Assembly (NCBI GenBank): GCA_041166405.1
Contig: JBEEFV010000013.1
Span: 21,927-85,926 of the forward strand
Reading direction: 5' to 3'
DNA from: Actinomycetota bacterium
GTDB lineage: Bacteria > Actinomycetota > Acidimicrobiia > Acidimicrobiales > JACCXE01
DNA: 64,000 nt
Part shown: one piece after another, positions 52,963 through 62,822 of the stretch
Numbering within the stretch: the first letter of the stretch is position 1
Layout: the number at the start of each line of letters is the position of its first letter
Notes under the pieces: model-generated
What the model was told of the DNA's origin: nothing
The model's database searches: none
The model's input: only the letters and a program-made list of their open reading frames with translations
Translations under genes and position numbers: made by a program

Positions 52963-53033
52963 GGCGCGCGTCGCGCGCGCCGTCCTCCCCGGTGCGCATA
53001 GCCGCGTAACGTGCCGCGCACAGGGGAGGACGG
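52963..53033 (+). promoter_or_regulatory. Two tandem hairpins after the hemerythrin stop; the second (52980-53033) sequesters the amidase Shine-Dalgarno sequence
   Basis: Hairpin 1 is GGCGCGCG-tcg-CGCGCGCC (52963-52981). Hairpin 2 is CCGTCCTCCCCGGTGCGC-(18 nt)-GCGCACAGGGGAGGACGG, with 17/18 pairs. GGAGGA at 53025-53030 lies inside the right arm, 9 nt upstream of the ATG at 53040. Confidence 0.55.
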
Positions 53034-53039
53034 CAGACC

Positions 53040-54470
53040 ATGTACGGGTCCGAACAAACGAAAACCGCCGCGTTCGAAGTCGGCCGACTCGACGCGGTCG
53101 CGCAACGCGCGCTCGTGGAGCGCGGTGAGGTCAAGGCGACCGAACTCGTCGAGTGGGCGCGCCAGCGCGCCGATGCGCTCAATCCGCAACTGAACGCCAT
53201 CATCACGCCCATGGACGAGGCCGGCGACGGTGGCGTTCCGATGGTGCTGAAGGACCTCGTCGTCGAGGTGCCGGGCGTGCCGTTCGCCGAGGGGTCCCGC
53301 TTCGTGAAGGGAACGGTGTCAGAGTTCGAGTCCGAACTCGTGGCGCGGTACCGGCGCGCCGGACTCGTCGCCATCGGCAAGACGAACACGCCCGAGTTCG
53401 GCATGGCGCCCCACTGTGAACCGGCGGCGTTCGGCGCGACGCACAACCCGTGGAGTCTCGGCCATACCACTGCGGGTTCGAGCGGTGGTTCGGCGGCGGC
53501 GGTGGCGTCGGGCATCGTGCCGATCGGCCACGCCAGCGACGCTGGCGGCTCCATTCGCTACCCGGCATCGTGCTGCGCGTTGTTCGGGCTCAAGCCGACG
53601 CGGGCGCGCAATCCCATGGGTCCCGAGTACGGCGACGCGCTCGGTGGTGCTGCGGTCGAGCACGTGCTGACGCGCACGGTGCGCGACAGCGCGTTCGCGC
53701 TCGACGCGACTTCGGGTTCCGACAAAGGCGATCCGTACTGCGCGCCCGTGAACCCGCGCCCGTTCGTCGACGAAGTCGGCGCCGAGCCGGGGCAGTTGCG
53801 CGTCGCTTACAGCCGTACGTCGGCGGAAGGCACCGACCTGCATCCTGACTGCCTCGCCGCGCTCGATGCCACGCTGGCCTTGTTGGAATCGCTCGGGCAC
53901 CGCGTCACCGAAGCACCGTTCACACAGATCGACGAACGGACCGGCTCGGCTATCGGGACGCTGATCAACGGATCGACCGCGTGGATCGCGGCGTACTGGA
54001 TCCGCCGCCTTGGACGCGAGCCGCAGCCCGGCGAACTCGAACCGTCGACGGTGGCCATGATCGACGCCGGCCGCCGCACCAGCGCCGCCGATTGGCTGAT
54101 CGCCCAGGACGACATCAACGCCTTCACACGCCGAAGCGCGCGCTTCTTCGACGACTACGACGTGTTCCTGTGTCCGACGGTGACGACGCCGCCGCTCGCG
54201 CTCGGTCTCATGAGCGCGGGCACCGAGGACGAACCGTTCAAGGGCCTGGCCGAGGCGGGCACCATGATCCGCAACGCCGGCGTGATCGCCAACATCACCG
54301 GCAACCCCGCGATGTCGGTGCCGCTGTTCTGGAACGGCGAAGGCCTGCCCATCGGCTCGCACTTCCTGGCGCCGTTCGGCGGCGAAGCGACCGTGCTCCG
54401 GTTGGCGTCGCAACTCGAGACGGCGCAGCCCTGGGCCGACAAGTGGCCCGGCGTTAGCGTCGGTGCGTGA
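53040..54470 (+). CDS. Amidase (amidase-signature family)
   Basis: The sequence shows GKTNTPEFG and the AS signature [14 protein letters not shown]...[12 protein letters not shown]. Confidence 0.9.
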   Translation: MYGSEQTKTAAFEVGRLDAVAQRALVERGEVKATELVEWARQRADALNPQLNAIITPMDEAGDGGVPMVLKDLVVEVPGVPFAEGSRFVKGTVSEFESELVARYRRAGLVAIGKTNTPEFGMAPHCEPAAFGATHNPWSLGHTTAGSSGGSAAAVASGIVPIGHASDAGGSIRYPASCCALFGLKPTRARNPMGPEYGDALGGAAVEHVLTRTVRDSAFALDATSGSDKGDPYCAPVNPRPFVDEVGAEPGQLRVAYSRTSAEGTDLHPDCLAALDATLALLESLGHRVTEAPFTQIDERTGSAIGTLINGSTAWIAAYWIRRLGREPQPGELEPSTVAMIDAGRRTSAADWLIAQDDINAFTRRSARFFDDYDVFLCPTVTTPPLALGLMSAGTEDEPFKGLAEAGTMIRNAGVIANITGNPAMSVPLFWNGEGLPIGSHFLAPFGGEATVLRLASQLETAQPWADKWPGVSVGA

Positions 54471-55660
54471 ACTGGCCTGACGGGTTTATTTGGGGCACCG
54501 GCGCGTCGTCGTCGCAAACGGAAGGCGCGGCGCCGGAGTCGGATGCGATCGATCGTGAACGCGCCGGGCACATGCCGGTGTCGGGAACCGGCAACGACTT
54601 CGGCACGCGTTACCCCGAAGACTTCGCGCTGTACGCGTCGCTCGGGCTGACACATCACCGCCTGTCGATCGAGTGGGCGCGCATCGAACCGGCCGACGGC
54701 GAGCGCGATCCCGAGGCGATCGCTCACTACCGCGACATGCTCGCGGCGGCGCACGACGCCGGCGTCGTCCCCTGGATCTGCCTGCACCACTTCACGCTCC
54801 CGCGCTGGTTCTCCGACGCTGGCGGCTTCGCCGTCGACGCCAACCGCACGCAGTTCTGGAGCCGCCACGTCGACTTCATGGCCGACACATTCGGCGACCT
54901 CGCCGGCGGCTGGAAGCCGGTCAACGAGGTCAACTACTACGGCGGCATCAGCGGCAGCCCGACGATGGGGTCGGGTTTCACGCGCGAACAACAACGCGTC
55001 GTCGACACGCAGATCCACCTCGCCAACGCCGAAGCCGCCGCGACCTTGCGACAGACCGACAAGCCGGTGTGCTCGATCTTCGGCCTCAGCGCGGCGATCG
55101 CGCTCGACGATCATCCGGGCACGCTCGCCGGTTGTGAGAAGTACTACCGGAACAACTGGGACCGCGGCCTCACCTTGTTTCGCGACGGGGTGCTCAACAC
55201 ACGCGACGGGAACGTCGTCGAGCGGGCGGATTTGCAAGGGTGCTTCGACTACATCGGCTTCTCGTACTACTCGTCGTTCGCGTTTCGCCAGGGCGAGTTC
55301 GTCGGCGTGTACCCGGAGGACACCGCACGCTCGCCGCTCGGCTACGGCATCTGGGCCGACGGCCTCGGCCTCGTCCTCGATCGCCTGCACGACGAGGTTC
55401 CGGGCGCGCCGTTGATCGTCAGCGAGTACGGCATCGGCACCGACGACGACGCGCAGCGCGCCGCGTACGTCGAGCGCGGGTTGCAGATCGCGCACGACGC
55501 CATCGACCGCGGCGTGAACGTCCGCGGGTTCTTCTCGTGGACCGGCGTCGACAACTACGAGTGGACCCACGGCTACGACGTGAAGTTCGGCATCATCGAC
55601 GCCGACCGCAAGCTGAAACCCAGTGCCCACGTCTTCGCGCGAGAGGCGCTCGGAAGTTGA
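54467..55660 (+). CDS. Glycoside hydrolase family 1 (beta-glucosidase-like)
   Basis: The GTG overlaps the amidase stop (GTGA). The sequence shows FIWGTGASSSQTEG, LHHFTLPRWF, the acid/base region VNEVNYY and the nucleophile region IVSEYGIG. Confidence 0.8.
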   Translation: MNWPDGFIWGTGASSSQTEGAAPESDAIDRERAGHMPVSGTGNDFGTRYPEDFALYASLGLTHHRLSIEWARIEPADGERDPEAIAHYRDMLAAAHDAGVVPWICLHHFTLPRWFSDAGGFAVDANRTQFWSRHVDFMADTFGDLAGGWKPVNEVNYYGGISGSPTMGSGFTREQQRVVDTQIHLANAEAAATLRQTDKPVCSIFGLSAAIALDDHPGTLAGCEKYYRNNWDRGLTLFRDGVLNTRDGNVVERADLQGCFDYIGFSYYSSFAFRQGEFVGVYPEDTARSPLGYGIWADGLGLVLDRLHDEVPGAPLIVSEYGIGTDDDAQRAAYVERGLQIAHDAIDRGVNVRGFFSWTGVDNYEWTHGYDVKFGIIDADRKLKPSAHVFAREALGS

Positions 55661-56739
55661 CCGCCGAAGACCCGTTCACCGCCCCGTTGGTGCCGCTGCC
55701 GGCGCAGCCCGCCGGCACGCCGTGGCCGACGGATGCGTGGCCAACCGGTCCCGCGCCCGAAGGCGTTGCGGTCGAAGCGTTGCTCGACGAGCTCTTCGAC
55801 GACGGCGGTCCGCTGGCGACGACGTTCGCCGCCGTCGTCATCCACCGAGGACGCCTGGTCGCGCAGCGCTACGCCCACGCCATCGAACACTTCGACCGCG
55901 ACCCGGAAACCATCACCGCCGCCACTCCGCTGTTGAGCTGGTCGATGGCGAAGTCGATGCTGCACGCGGTGGTCGGCATGCTGGTCGCGGAAGGGCGGGT
56001 GCTTCTCGACGCGCCCACCGACGTGCCGGAGTGGCGCGACGCTGGCGACGGCCGCGAGACCATCACGCTGCAGCAGCTGCTCGAGATGCGCGACGGACTC
56101 GACTTCGTCGAGGACTACGTCGACGACACGCGGTCCGACGTGATCGAGATGCTTTTCGGAACGGGCGCACGCGACGTTGCGCACTTCGCCGCGGATCGAT
56201 CGCTCGTCGCCGCGCCGGGCGAGCGGTTCAACTACTCGAGCGGGACGACCAACATCGTGTCAGCCATCGTGCGGCGAGTGGTCGGCTCGCGCGACGCCTA
56301 CGAACGGCTGCTCGACGATCGCTTGTTCGGCCCCCTGGGCATGCGCACCGCCACGGCGCGGTTCGACGACGCCGGAACGTGGATCGCCAGTTCGTACGTG
56401 TACTGCAGCGCCCAGGACTTCGCGCGGTTCGGCTACCTCTACATGCGCGACGGAGTGTGGAACGGCGAACGGGTGCTCCCTGCGGGATGGGTCGACCACG
56501 CGCGCCGCGTGAGATCCTTCGATCCCGACGGCGGCAACTACTACGGCGCCCACTGGTGGCTCTACGGCGACGCGCACGGGACGTTCGCCTGTATCGGCTA
56601 CGAGGGTCAGTACATCTGGTGCGTACCGGCGCTCGACCTCGTCGTCGTGCGACTCGGCAAGACCCCCTCGGAGCAACGCGCGCAGCTCACCGACTGGCGG
56701 CGCCGCATCACCGACGCGTTCGCGACGGCGAGCGGTTAG
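55657..56739 (+). CDS. Serine hydrolase (beta-lactamase/transpeptidase-like fold)
   Basis: The TTG at 55657 overlaps the GH1 stop (TTGA). The SxxK motif is SWSMAKS, and the sequence also shows YSSGTTN. The start choice is inferred. Confidence 0.75.
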   Translation: MTAEDPFTAPLVPLPAQPAGTPWPTDAWPTGPAPEGVAVEALLDELFDDGGPLATTFAAVVIHRGRLVAQRYAHAIEHFDRDPETITAATPLLSWSMAKSMLHAVVGMLVAEGRVLLDAPTDVPEWRDAGDGRETITLQQLLEMRDGLDFVEDYVDDTRSDVIEMLFGTGARDVAHFAADRSLVAAPGERFNYSSGTTNIVSAIVRRVVGSRDAYERLLDDRLFGPLGMRTATARFDDAGTWIASSYVYCSAQDFARFGYLYMRDGVWNGERVLPAGWVDHARRVRSFDPDGGNYYGAHWWLYGDAHGTFACIGYEGQYIWCVPALDLVVVRLGKTPSEQRAQLTDWRRRITDAFATASG

Positions 56740-56748
56740 CGCGGTCGC

Positions 56749-57276
56749 CTAAACGGCGACGCGCAGCGGCGTCGGCTGCTCCTCGTCGTCGTTGCCCTTG
56801 CCATACGCCAGTTCGCCGCCGATGTAGCCGCCGACGGTCACCGCCGACGCACCGAGCAGGCCGACGAGAATGCCGCGAACGCGCTTGCCGCGCAGACGCA
56901 GAAGGAACGACCACAAGTAGAAGATCGTGCCGATGGTGTTGCTGACCGTGTGCACGACCGCGGTCTTGCGCTTGTCGTCGTCGGTTCCGATCTTCTCGAA
57001 CTCGACGAGTCCGGCTGCGACCGTCGGCGCCGCCGCGGCGACGCCGAGCCCGACGAAGGCCGCGCTGGCGCGCCGCGACTTGCGCCCGCCGAAAAAGTCG
57101 AGCAGGAACGATGTGGTCCAGAACCCGATTGGCAGATCGGTGAGGACGGGATGCAGCGGGTGACCGAGCCAGTCTCCGCCGAGGAAGGAGCGGGCCTTGG
57201 CAGGCATCGCCTCCACGGCCTGGTCCATGACCGCTTCGACCTTTTCTTCGACCGCTTCCATCGTCTCCATGACCAC
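56749..57276 (-). CDS. DUF2231-domain membrane protein
   Basis: The sequence shows GHPLHPVLTDLPIGFWTTSFLLD, and there are four predicted TM segments. The N-terminal start among several Met codons is uncertain. Confidence 0.6.
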   Translation of the reverse strand: MVMETMEAVEEKVEAVMDQAVEAMPAKARSFLGGDWLGHPLHPVLTDLPIGFWTTSFLLDFFGGRKSRRASAAFVGLGVAAAAPTVAAGLVEFEKIGTDDDKRKTAVVHTVSNTIGTIFYLWSFLLRLRGKRVRGILVGLLGASAVTVGGYIGGELAYGKGNDDEEQPTPLRVAV

Positions 57277-57390
57277 GAAATACCCGGAAACACGAGAAGT
57301 TGTACCTGTCGACGCGGATTACGCGATCGCGCGGCCGACGCGAGCATGCAATGGTTGTGCGGCGCGTTCGCTCGAACTGGGAGTCAAGTG

Positions 57391-59082
57391 ATGGACCTCG
57401 TCATTCGCAACGGCACGGTGATCGACGGCACGGGCGCCGATGCGCGCACGGCGGATGTCGGCGTCGACAACGGCGTCATCGTCGAGGTCGGCAAGGTTGT
57501 CGGCCGCGGCGCACAGGAGATCGACGCCGACGGCGCGCTGGTAACGCCTGGTTTCGTCGACATTCACACGCACTACGACGGCCAAGCGGTGTGGGATGAG
57601 CGGCTCCAGCCGTCGTCGCTGCACGGCGTGACGACCGTCGTGATGACCAACTGCGGTGTCGGGTTCGCGCCGGTGCGCCCCGAGGATCGCCAGCGACTCG
57701 TCGAACTGATGGAAGGCGTCGAAGACATCCCGGGCACAGCCATCCACGAAGGCCTCACCTGGGAATGGGAGAGCTTCGGCGAGTACCTCGACGCCCTCGA
57801 CCGCCGCGCCCACGACATCGACTTCGCGACGCAGGTGCCACACGGACCGCTGCGGCTCTACGTCATGGGCGATCGCGGCGGGCGCGGCGACACGGCGACG
57901 CCCGAAGAGATCGCCGAGATGGGCCGGCTGGCGGCGGAGGCCGTCGACGCCGGCGCGCTCGGGTTCACGACGTCGCGCACGCGCAACCACCGCACGGTGA
58001 AGGGCGAGCCGACGCCGACGCTGAAGGCGCCGCGGGAGGAACTCGTCGGCATCGCGCAGGCGCTCGGCCACCTCGGCAAGGGCGTGCTGCAAGTCGTGTC
58101 CGACTTCCTCGACGTCGACGACGAGTTCGGCACCGTGCGCGCCATGGCCGAGCAATCGGGACGCCCGATCTCGATTTCGTTGACGCAGGTGCCGTTCGCA
58201 CCGCAGCAGTACAAGACGCTGCTCGACAACATCACCCAAGCGAACGAAGACGGTGTCGTCGTGCGCGCGCAGGTGGCGCCGCGCGCCGTTGGTCTGCTGC
58301 TCGGGCTGCAGGCGTCGATGAACCCCTTCCTCGGCAACCCGGCGTACATGGAGATCGCGTCGCTACCGCTCGCCGATCGCGTCGCCGCCATGCGCGAGCC
58401 GGGCCGACGTGAGGCGATTCTCGCCGCCGCGCAAGGCCACAACGGCATCTTCGGTTTCGACCGCATCTTCGACCTCGGCGACCCGCCGAACTACGAGCCC
58501 GCCGCCGACGAGTCGATCGCCGCGCAGGCGGCGCGCGCCGGTCGGACCGCGCAAGAACTGGCGTACGACATGATGCTCGCCGACGAAGGCAAGGCGTTGC
58601 TGTACACACCGTTCCTGAACTACGCCGACGGCAACCTCGACGCCGCGCGCGAGATGCTCGCCCACCCCTACACAGTGCCGGGTCTCGGCGACGGCGGCGC
58701 ACACGTGGGCACGATCTGCGACGCGTCGTTCATCACGACGCTGCTCACGCACTGGGGCCGTGACCGTAAGGACGGCCGCTTCGCGCTCCCCTACCTCGTG
58801 CAGCAACACTGCCGCGACACGGCGCGCACCGTCGGGCTGTACGACCGCGGCGTTCTCGCACCCGGGTACCGAGCCGACGTCAACGTCATCGACTTCGACA
58901 ACCTGCGGCTCGAACGCCCCGAGATCCACCACGACCTTCCGGCGGGCGGGCGTCGTCTGCTGCAGGGTGTGCGCGGCTACAAGCACACGGTCGTCGCCGG
59001 CGTCGAGACCTACCGCGACGGCGAAGCCACCGGCGCGCTCCCGGGCAAGCTCGTGCGGGGCGCGCAACCAATCCCGGCATAG
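57391..59082 (+). CDS. N-acyl-D-amino-acid deacylase (D-aminoacylase) family amidohydrolase
   Basis: The ATG is at 57391. The sequence shows MDLVIRNGTVIDGTG...VGVDNGVIVEVG...DADGALVTPGFVDIHTHYDGQ. Confidence 0.85.
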   Translation: MDLVIRNGTVIDGTGADARTADVGVDNGVIVEVGKVVGRGAQEIDADGALVTPGFVDIHTHYDGQAVWDERLQPSSLHGVTTVVMTNCGVGFAPVRPEDRQRLVELMEGVEDIPGTAIHEGLTWEWESFGEYLDALDRRAHDIDFATQVPHGPLRLYVMGDRGGRGDTATPEEIAEMGRLAAEAVDAGALGFTTSRTRNHRTVKGEPTPTLKAPREELVGIAQALGHLGKGVLQVVSDFLDVDDEFGTVRAMAEQSGRPISISLTQVPFAPQQYKTLLDNITQANEDGVVVRAQVAPRAVGLLLGLQASMNPFLGNPAYMEIASLPLADRVAAMREPGRREAILAAAQGHNGIFGFDRIFDLGDPPNYEPAADESIAAQAARAGRTAQELAYDMMLADEGKALLYTPFLNYADGNLDAAREMLAHPYTVPGLGDGGAHVGTICDASFITTLLTHWGRDRKDGRFALPYLVQQHCRDTARTVGLYDRGVLAPGYRADVNVIDFDNLRLERPEIHHDLPAGGRRLLQGVRGYKHTVVAGVETYRDGEATGALPGKLVRGAQPIPA

Positions 59083-59084
59083 CG

Positions 59085-59507
59085 ATGGCCGACGTCACCA
59101 CGACGACGCTCATCGAGAAACCGCTTACGGTCGTCGCCGACTACGTAACCGATCCCGGCAACGCGCCGGAGTGGTACGAGAACATCACGTCGATCGAATG
59201 GGAGACCGATCCCCCGCTGCAGCTGGGCTCACGCATGCGCTTCGTGGCCCGGTTCCTCGGACGCACGATGCGATACACGTACGAAGTCGCGGAATACGAA
59301 CCTCGGATCCGGCTCGTCATGCGCACCACCGCTGGCCCGGCGATGGAGACGACCTACGAGTGGGAAGAGGCGCAATACGGAACGACGCGCATGACACTGC
59401 GCAACCGCGGCGGACCGGCCTTGCTCTCTCCGCTCATGGCGCGCGCGATGCGGCGCGCCAACACCAAGGACCTCGCGAAACTAAAGCGCCTTCTCGAGTC
59501 GCGCTAG
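59085..59507 (+). CDS. SRPBCC (START/polyketide-cyclase-like) family protein
   Basis: The product is 140 aa. The sequence IEKPLTVVADYVTDPGNAPEWYENI... is a pattern typical of the SRPBCC fold. The gene starts 2 nt after the preceding stop. Confidence 0.7.
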   Translation: MADVTTTTLIEKPLTVVADYVTDPGNAPEWYENITSIEWETDPPLQLGSRMRFVARFLGRTMRYTYEVAEYEPRIRLVMRTTAGPAMETTYEWEEAQYGTTRMTLRNRGGPALLSPLMARAMRRANTKDLAKLKRLLESR

Positions 59508-62500
59508 CAACTCTTCCGCCAACGCGACGAACGGCGGCGCGCCGATGCGCGTGAACTCGTCGCGCGCCGCCGTGCCGAACGTGATCGCCTCATCCGTGCG
59601 CCCTTGCGCCTCGCGCAAGCGGGCGAACCAGTAGTCGACGTGTCCCGCGTCGAATGCGTTGGGGTCGTTCTCGACGCCCGAGCGCGCCGCGGTGAAGTGG
59701 CGTTCGGCGGCGTCGACATCGCCCGCGGTGAACGCGACCATGCCGGCGAGCCGGTCCACCATCAGGAGGTCGAACGCGCCGTAGCGATAGCGCAAGCCTT
59801 CCGCCTGCGCTGCCGCGTACCACTCGCGGGCGCGCTCTCGATCCTCGGTGACGGCCACGGCTTGGAGCCCCGCCCAGAACTTGAAGTGCGCGCCGGCGGG
59901 CGACGGCGCCGTGTCGGACGGAGGATCGAAGAGCCCGCTGCGGAGGGCGGCGCGGCATTCTTCGAGGTCCCCCGCGGCGATGTGGACGAGCAGCTCGGCG
60001 GCTTCACCGAGGCCCGTCCACGCCGACGGAGGAATGAGCTCTCGGCACTTCGCCGCCTCGGCGAGCGCGTCGTCGATGCGGCCGCGCCACGTGTAAATCG
60101 TCGACAACCACGCGTGGCTCAACGCCACCCACGGTGAGTTCACCCCCGTCAGCATCTCGTTCTCCTCGAGCGCGACGCGTTCGAGCTCGTCGAGGTCGAG
60201 GTGCTGTGTGGCGCGGGCAAGTGCCCGCGAGCGCATCGCGAGCGCCTGGGTCCCGATGTGACCGACGCGCGCGGCCAACTCGATGCCTTCCTCGGCGTAG
60301 GCGAGCCCTTCGGCGACCTTGCCGCTCCAGATGAGCGGCCACGCCGTCCAGCACAGCGCGTCGGCAAGGCCCCACGCGTCAGTCGTGCGGCGCAAGTGCT
60401 CGACGGCGGCCTTACTGTCGGCCTCCGCCTCGGGGAGGTACGCCCAGTTCCATTGAGCGATGCAGCGCGACCACATCGCGATCCCCAGGCTGCGATCGTC
60501 GGCCGCATCACCGACCGCGGCGATGGCGGCGTCGATGCCGGCGACGGCTTGGTCGTAGTCGAGGAACGAAAGCAAGCCGCCGTAACCAGAGCTGACGAGG
60601 AGTCGCTCCGGCGTCTTGATGTCGCCGACGACCTCGAGGGCGCGGTTGCACGTCACGAACGCTTCGGTCAGCTGTCCGAGCCAGATCTGCGACACGCCCA
60701 TCGTCCAGAACACGCGCGCGGCGTCGTTCACTTCGCCGTCGGCGATGTAATGGTCGACAGACCGGTTCCACGCGTCCACGCACGCCTCGAAGCGACCGAG
60801 GGCGCGGAGCGCCTGGCCGCGCAGTTCCCAGAGCGCGCCGAGCTTGGCGTGGTCGTGCTCGTCGAGCAGCGCCAGGGCGTCGTCGGTGAGCCGCAACACA
60901 GTCTCGAATGCCGCGCCCGCCATGGCGCGCTCGGAGGCGGTCGTAAGCCGCTCGATGAGACGACCGCGGTCGGCCGAGGCCCCCGCTTTCATGAGGTGAT
61001 CGGCGATCTCCTGCGAGCGCGTGACAACCGCGTCCTCGTCAAGCTTTTCGATGGCGTCGGCGACTCGCAGGTGCAATCGCTGGCGCCGCAAGACCGAAAG
61101 GCTCGACAGCAGTGTCTGGCGGATCAACTCGTGGGCGAAGGAGAAGACGACCTCGCCGTCGCGCTCTTCGGACACCAGCACTTGCGCGTTCTCCGCTTCG
61201 TCGACGACGTCGACCAAGTCGTCGACCTGGAGATCGCTGATGACTTCGAGGAGGCGGAACGAGAAGGCGCGGCCGATCACGGCGGCGGCCGCCAGCGCCT
61301 TGTGCGCGTCCGGACCGAGACGTTCGAGTCGGCGGCCGACGACGAGACGCACGCTTTCGGGGACTTCGAGTTCCGAGATCTTCAGGTCCGTGCGGAACTC
61401 ACCGTTGGCGTCGAAGACGCGGCCCTCTTCGACGAAATGCCGGTACACCTCGCCGACGAAGAACGGGTTGCCTTCGGTTTCGGAATACACGGCGTCGACG
61501 ATCGCCTGCGGCGGCGTGCGGCCCGAGAGCGCCGCGAGCACGTTGGCCACACCCGACGCGTCGAACCGCGACACGTGGAGACGCTCCACTGTCTGGGCTC
61601 GCACCATGCGTTCGAGGCTGGCGGCGAGCGGCCGCGACACTTCGAGCTCGACGTCGCGGTAGGTGCCGATGGCGAGGATGCGTTCCTGCGGGATGCGCGC
61701 CGCGATGTGCTCGATCAACAACAACGTGGACTCGTCAGCCCAGTGCACGTCGTCGATGACCATGACGAGCGGGAATCGCTTCGCGCCGCGTGCGATGAAG
61801 TCGGCCACGGCGTTGAAGAAGTAGCGCCGCTGCTGATCGGGCGGGATGTCGAGTGGCTCGGCGATGTCGGGGAACCGGCGGCGGAGTTCGGGGACCATCC
61901 GCGCCACTTCGGGCGCGGAGTCGCCCATGTCTTCCATGACGACGTCGGCGGGCATCACCGACAGCGCTTGTTCGAGCATCTCGACGAACGGCGCGTACGC
62001 GACCGTTCCCTCCGACTCGTAGCAGCGGCCGAACACGCTGAGCGCACCCCGCCGTTCCGCTTCGGAGATCATCTGCTTCACGAGCGCCGTCTTGCCGACG
62101 CCGGGCTCGCCGCCGACGAGCACGACGGATCCGCGGCCGTCGAGCGCGGCGCTGAGGCGATCGCGCAGCAGGCGGAGTTGATCGTCGCGGCCGACGAACG
62201 GCGGCGCCTTCGGCGCCGTCTCACGCACCCACAGGACTTCCCACAGCCGCCACGGGTCGGGGAAGCCCTTGAGTGTGTGCTCGCCGGTGTCGCGATAACT
62301 GACGTCCGGCATCGTTCCCGCGAGCTGGCGCGTCACGTCCGACACGAAGACCTGGCCGCCGTCGGCAGCGCTGCACACGCGCGACGCCGCGTGAACCGTC
62401 TCGCCTGACACTTGCCCAACGGCCTGCGTCACTTCGCCGGTGTTGAGACCGATGCGGACTCGCAGCGGTGGGCCGGAACGCTGCCGGTTGAACTCGTCGA

Positions 62501-62765
62501 ACGCCTTTTGGATGGCGACAGCACACGCCAGCGCGCGCTTCGTCGAGACGAAGACTGCGAGGAATCCGTCGCCCAGCGCCGCGTGCTGGTCGTAGCCCTG
62601 ATGATCGGCGATCTGCTTGCGGATCAGCTCGTCGTGCGACGCGAACAGGTCGTCGGCGCCGCTATCGCCCAACGAGGTGCGGAGCGCGGTCGACCCCTCG
62701 ATATCGGTGAACATGATCGTTACCGGCCCCTCGGGCAGCGGGGGTGCGTGCTGCAAATCCGTCAC
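59481..62765 (-). CDS. Class III adenylate/guanylate cyclase fused to an AAA (STAND-type) ATPase and a long TPR-like C-terminal region
   Basis: The cyclase domain shows TIMFTDIEGSTAL...GDGFLAVF...RIGLNTGE. The P-loop is VVLVGGEPGVGKTALV, followed by VIDDVHWADE. About 600 aa of helical repeats follow, and no C-terminal LuxR-type HTH is visible. Confidence 0.85.
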   Translation of the reverse strand: MTDLQHAPPLPEGPVTIMFTDIEGSTALRTSLGDSGADDLFASHDELIRKQIADHQGYDQHAALGDGFLAVFVSTKRALACAVAIQKAFDEFNRQRSGPPLRVRIGLNTGEVTQAVGQVSGETVHAASRVCSAADGGQVFVSDVTRQLAGTMPDVSYRDTGEHTLKGFPDPWRLWEVLWVRETAPKAPPFVGRDDQLRLLRDRLSAALDGRGSVVLVGGEPGVGKTALVKQMISEAERRGALSVFGRCYESEGTVAYAPFVEMLEQALSVMPADVVMEDMGDSAPEVARMVPELRRRFPDIAEPLDIPPDQQRRYFFNAVADFIARGAKRFPLVMVIDDVHWADESTLLLIEHIAARIPQERILAIGTYRDVELEVSRPLAASLERMVRAQTVERLHVSRFDASGVANVLAALSGRTPPQAIVDAVYSETEGNPFFVGEVYRHFVEEGRVFDANGEFRTDLKISELEVPESVRLVVGRRLERLGPDAHKALAAAAVIGRAFSFRLLEVISDLQVDDLVDVVDEAENAQVLVSEERDGEVVFSFAHELIRQTLLSSLSVLRRQRLHLRVADAIEKLDEDAVVTRSQEIADHLMKAGASADRGRLIERLTTASERAMAGAAFETVLRLTDDALALLDEHDHAKLGALWELRGQALRALGRFEACVDAWNRSVDHYIADGEVNDAARVFWTMGVSQIWLGQLTEAFVTCNRALEVVGDIKTPERLLVSSGYGGLLSFLDYDQAVAGIDAAIAAVGDAADDRSLGIAMWSRCIAQWNWAYLPEAEADSKAAVEHLRRTTDAWGLADALCWTAWPLIWSGKVAEGLAYAEEGIELAARVGHIGTQALAMRSRALARATQHLDLDELERVALEENEMLTGVNSPWVALSHAWLSTIYTWRGRIDDALAEAAKCRELIPPSAWTGLGEAAELLVHIAAGDLEECRAALRSGLFDPPSDTAPSPAGAHFKFWAGLQAVAVTEDRERAREWYAAAQAEGLRYRYGAFDLLMVDRLAGMVAFTAGDVDAAERHFTAARSGVENDPNAFDAGHVDYWFARLREAQGRTDEAITFGTAARDEFTRIGAPPFVALAEELLARLEKAL

Positions 62766-62822
62766 TAGGTGACCAACGGTAGAGAGTGCACGGTTATCGC
62801 GCTAGTAGTGCAAAGTGCACGG

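Noticed and set aside
60201-62408. A 735-aa plus-strand ORF opposite the adenylate cyclase/STAND gene.
   Set aside because: This is a shadow ORF. The minus strand encodes canonical cyclase and P-loop motifs, and the plus-frame product is low-complexity.
62785-62822. A direct repeat AGTGCACGG (62785-62793 and 62814-62822), plus a third AGTGCA, in the 57-nt gap between the cyclase gene and the ABC-F gene. It could be an operator.
   Set aside because: The repeats are short (9 nt). GTGCAC-type hexamers are not rare in GC-rich DNA, and the second copy may lie inside the ABC-F CDS depending on the start choice. The evidence is insufficient without comparative or binding data.
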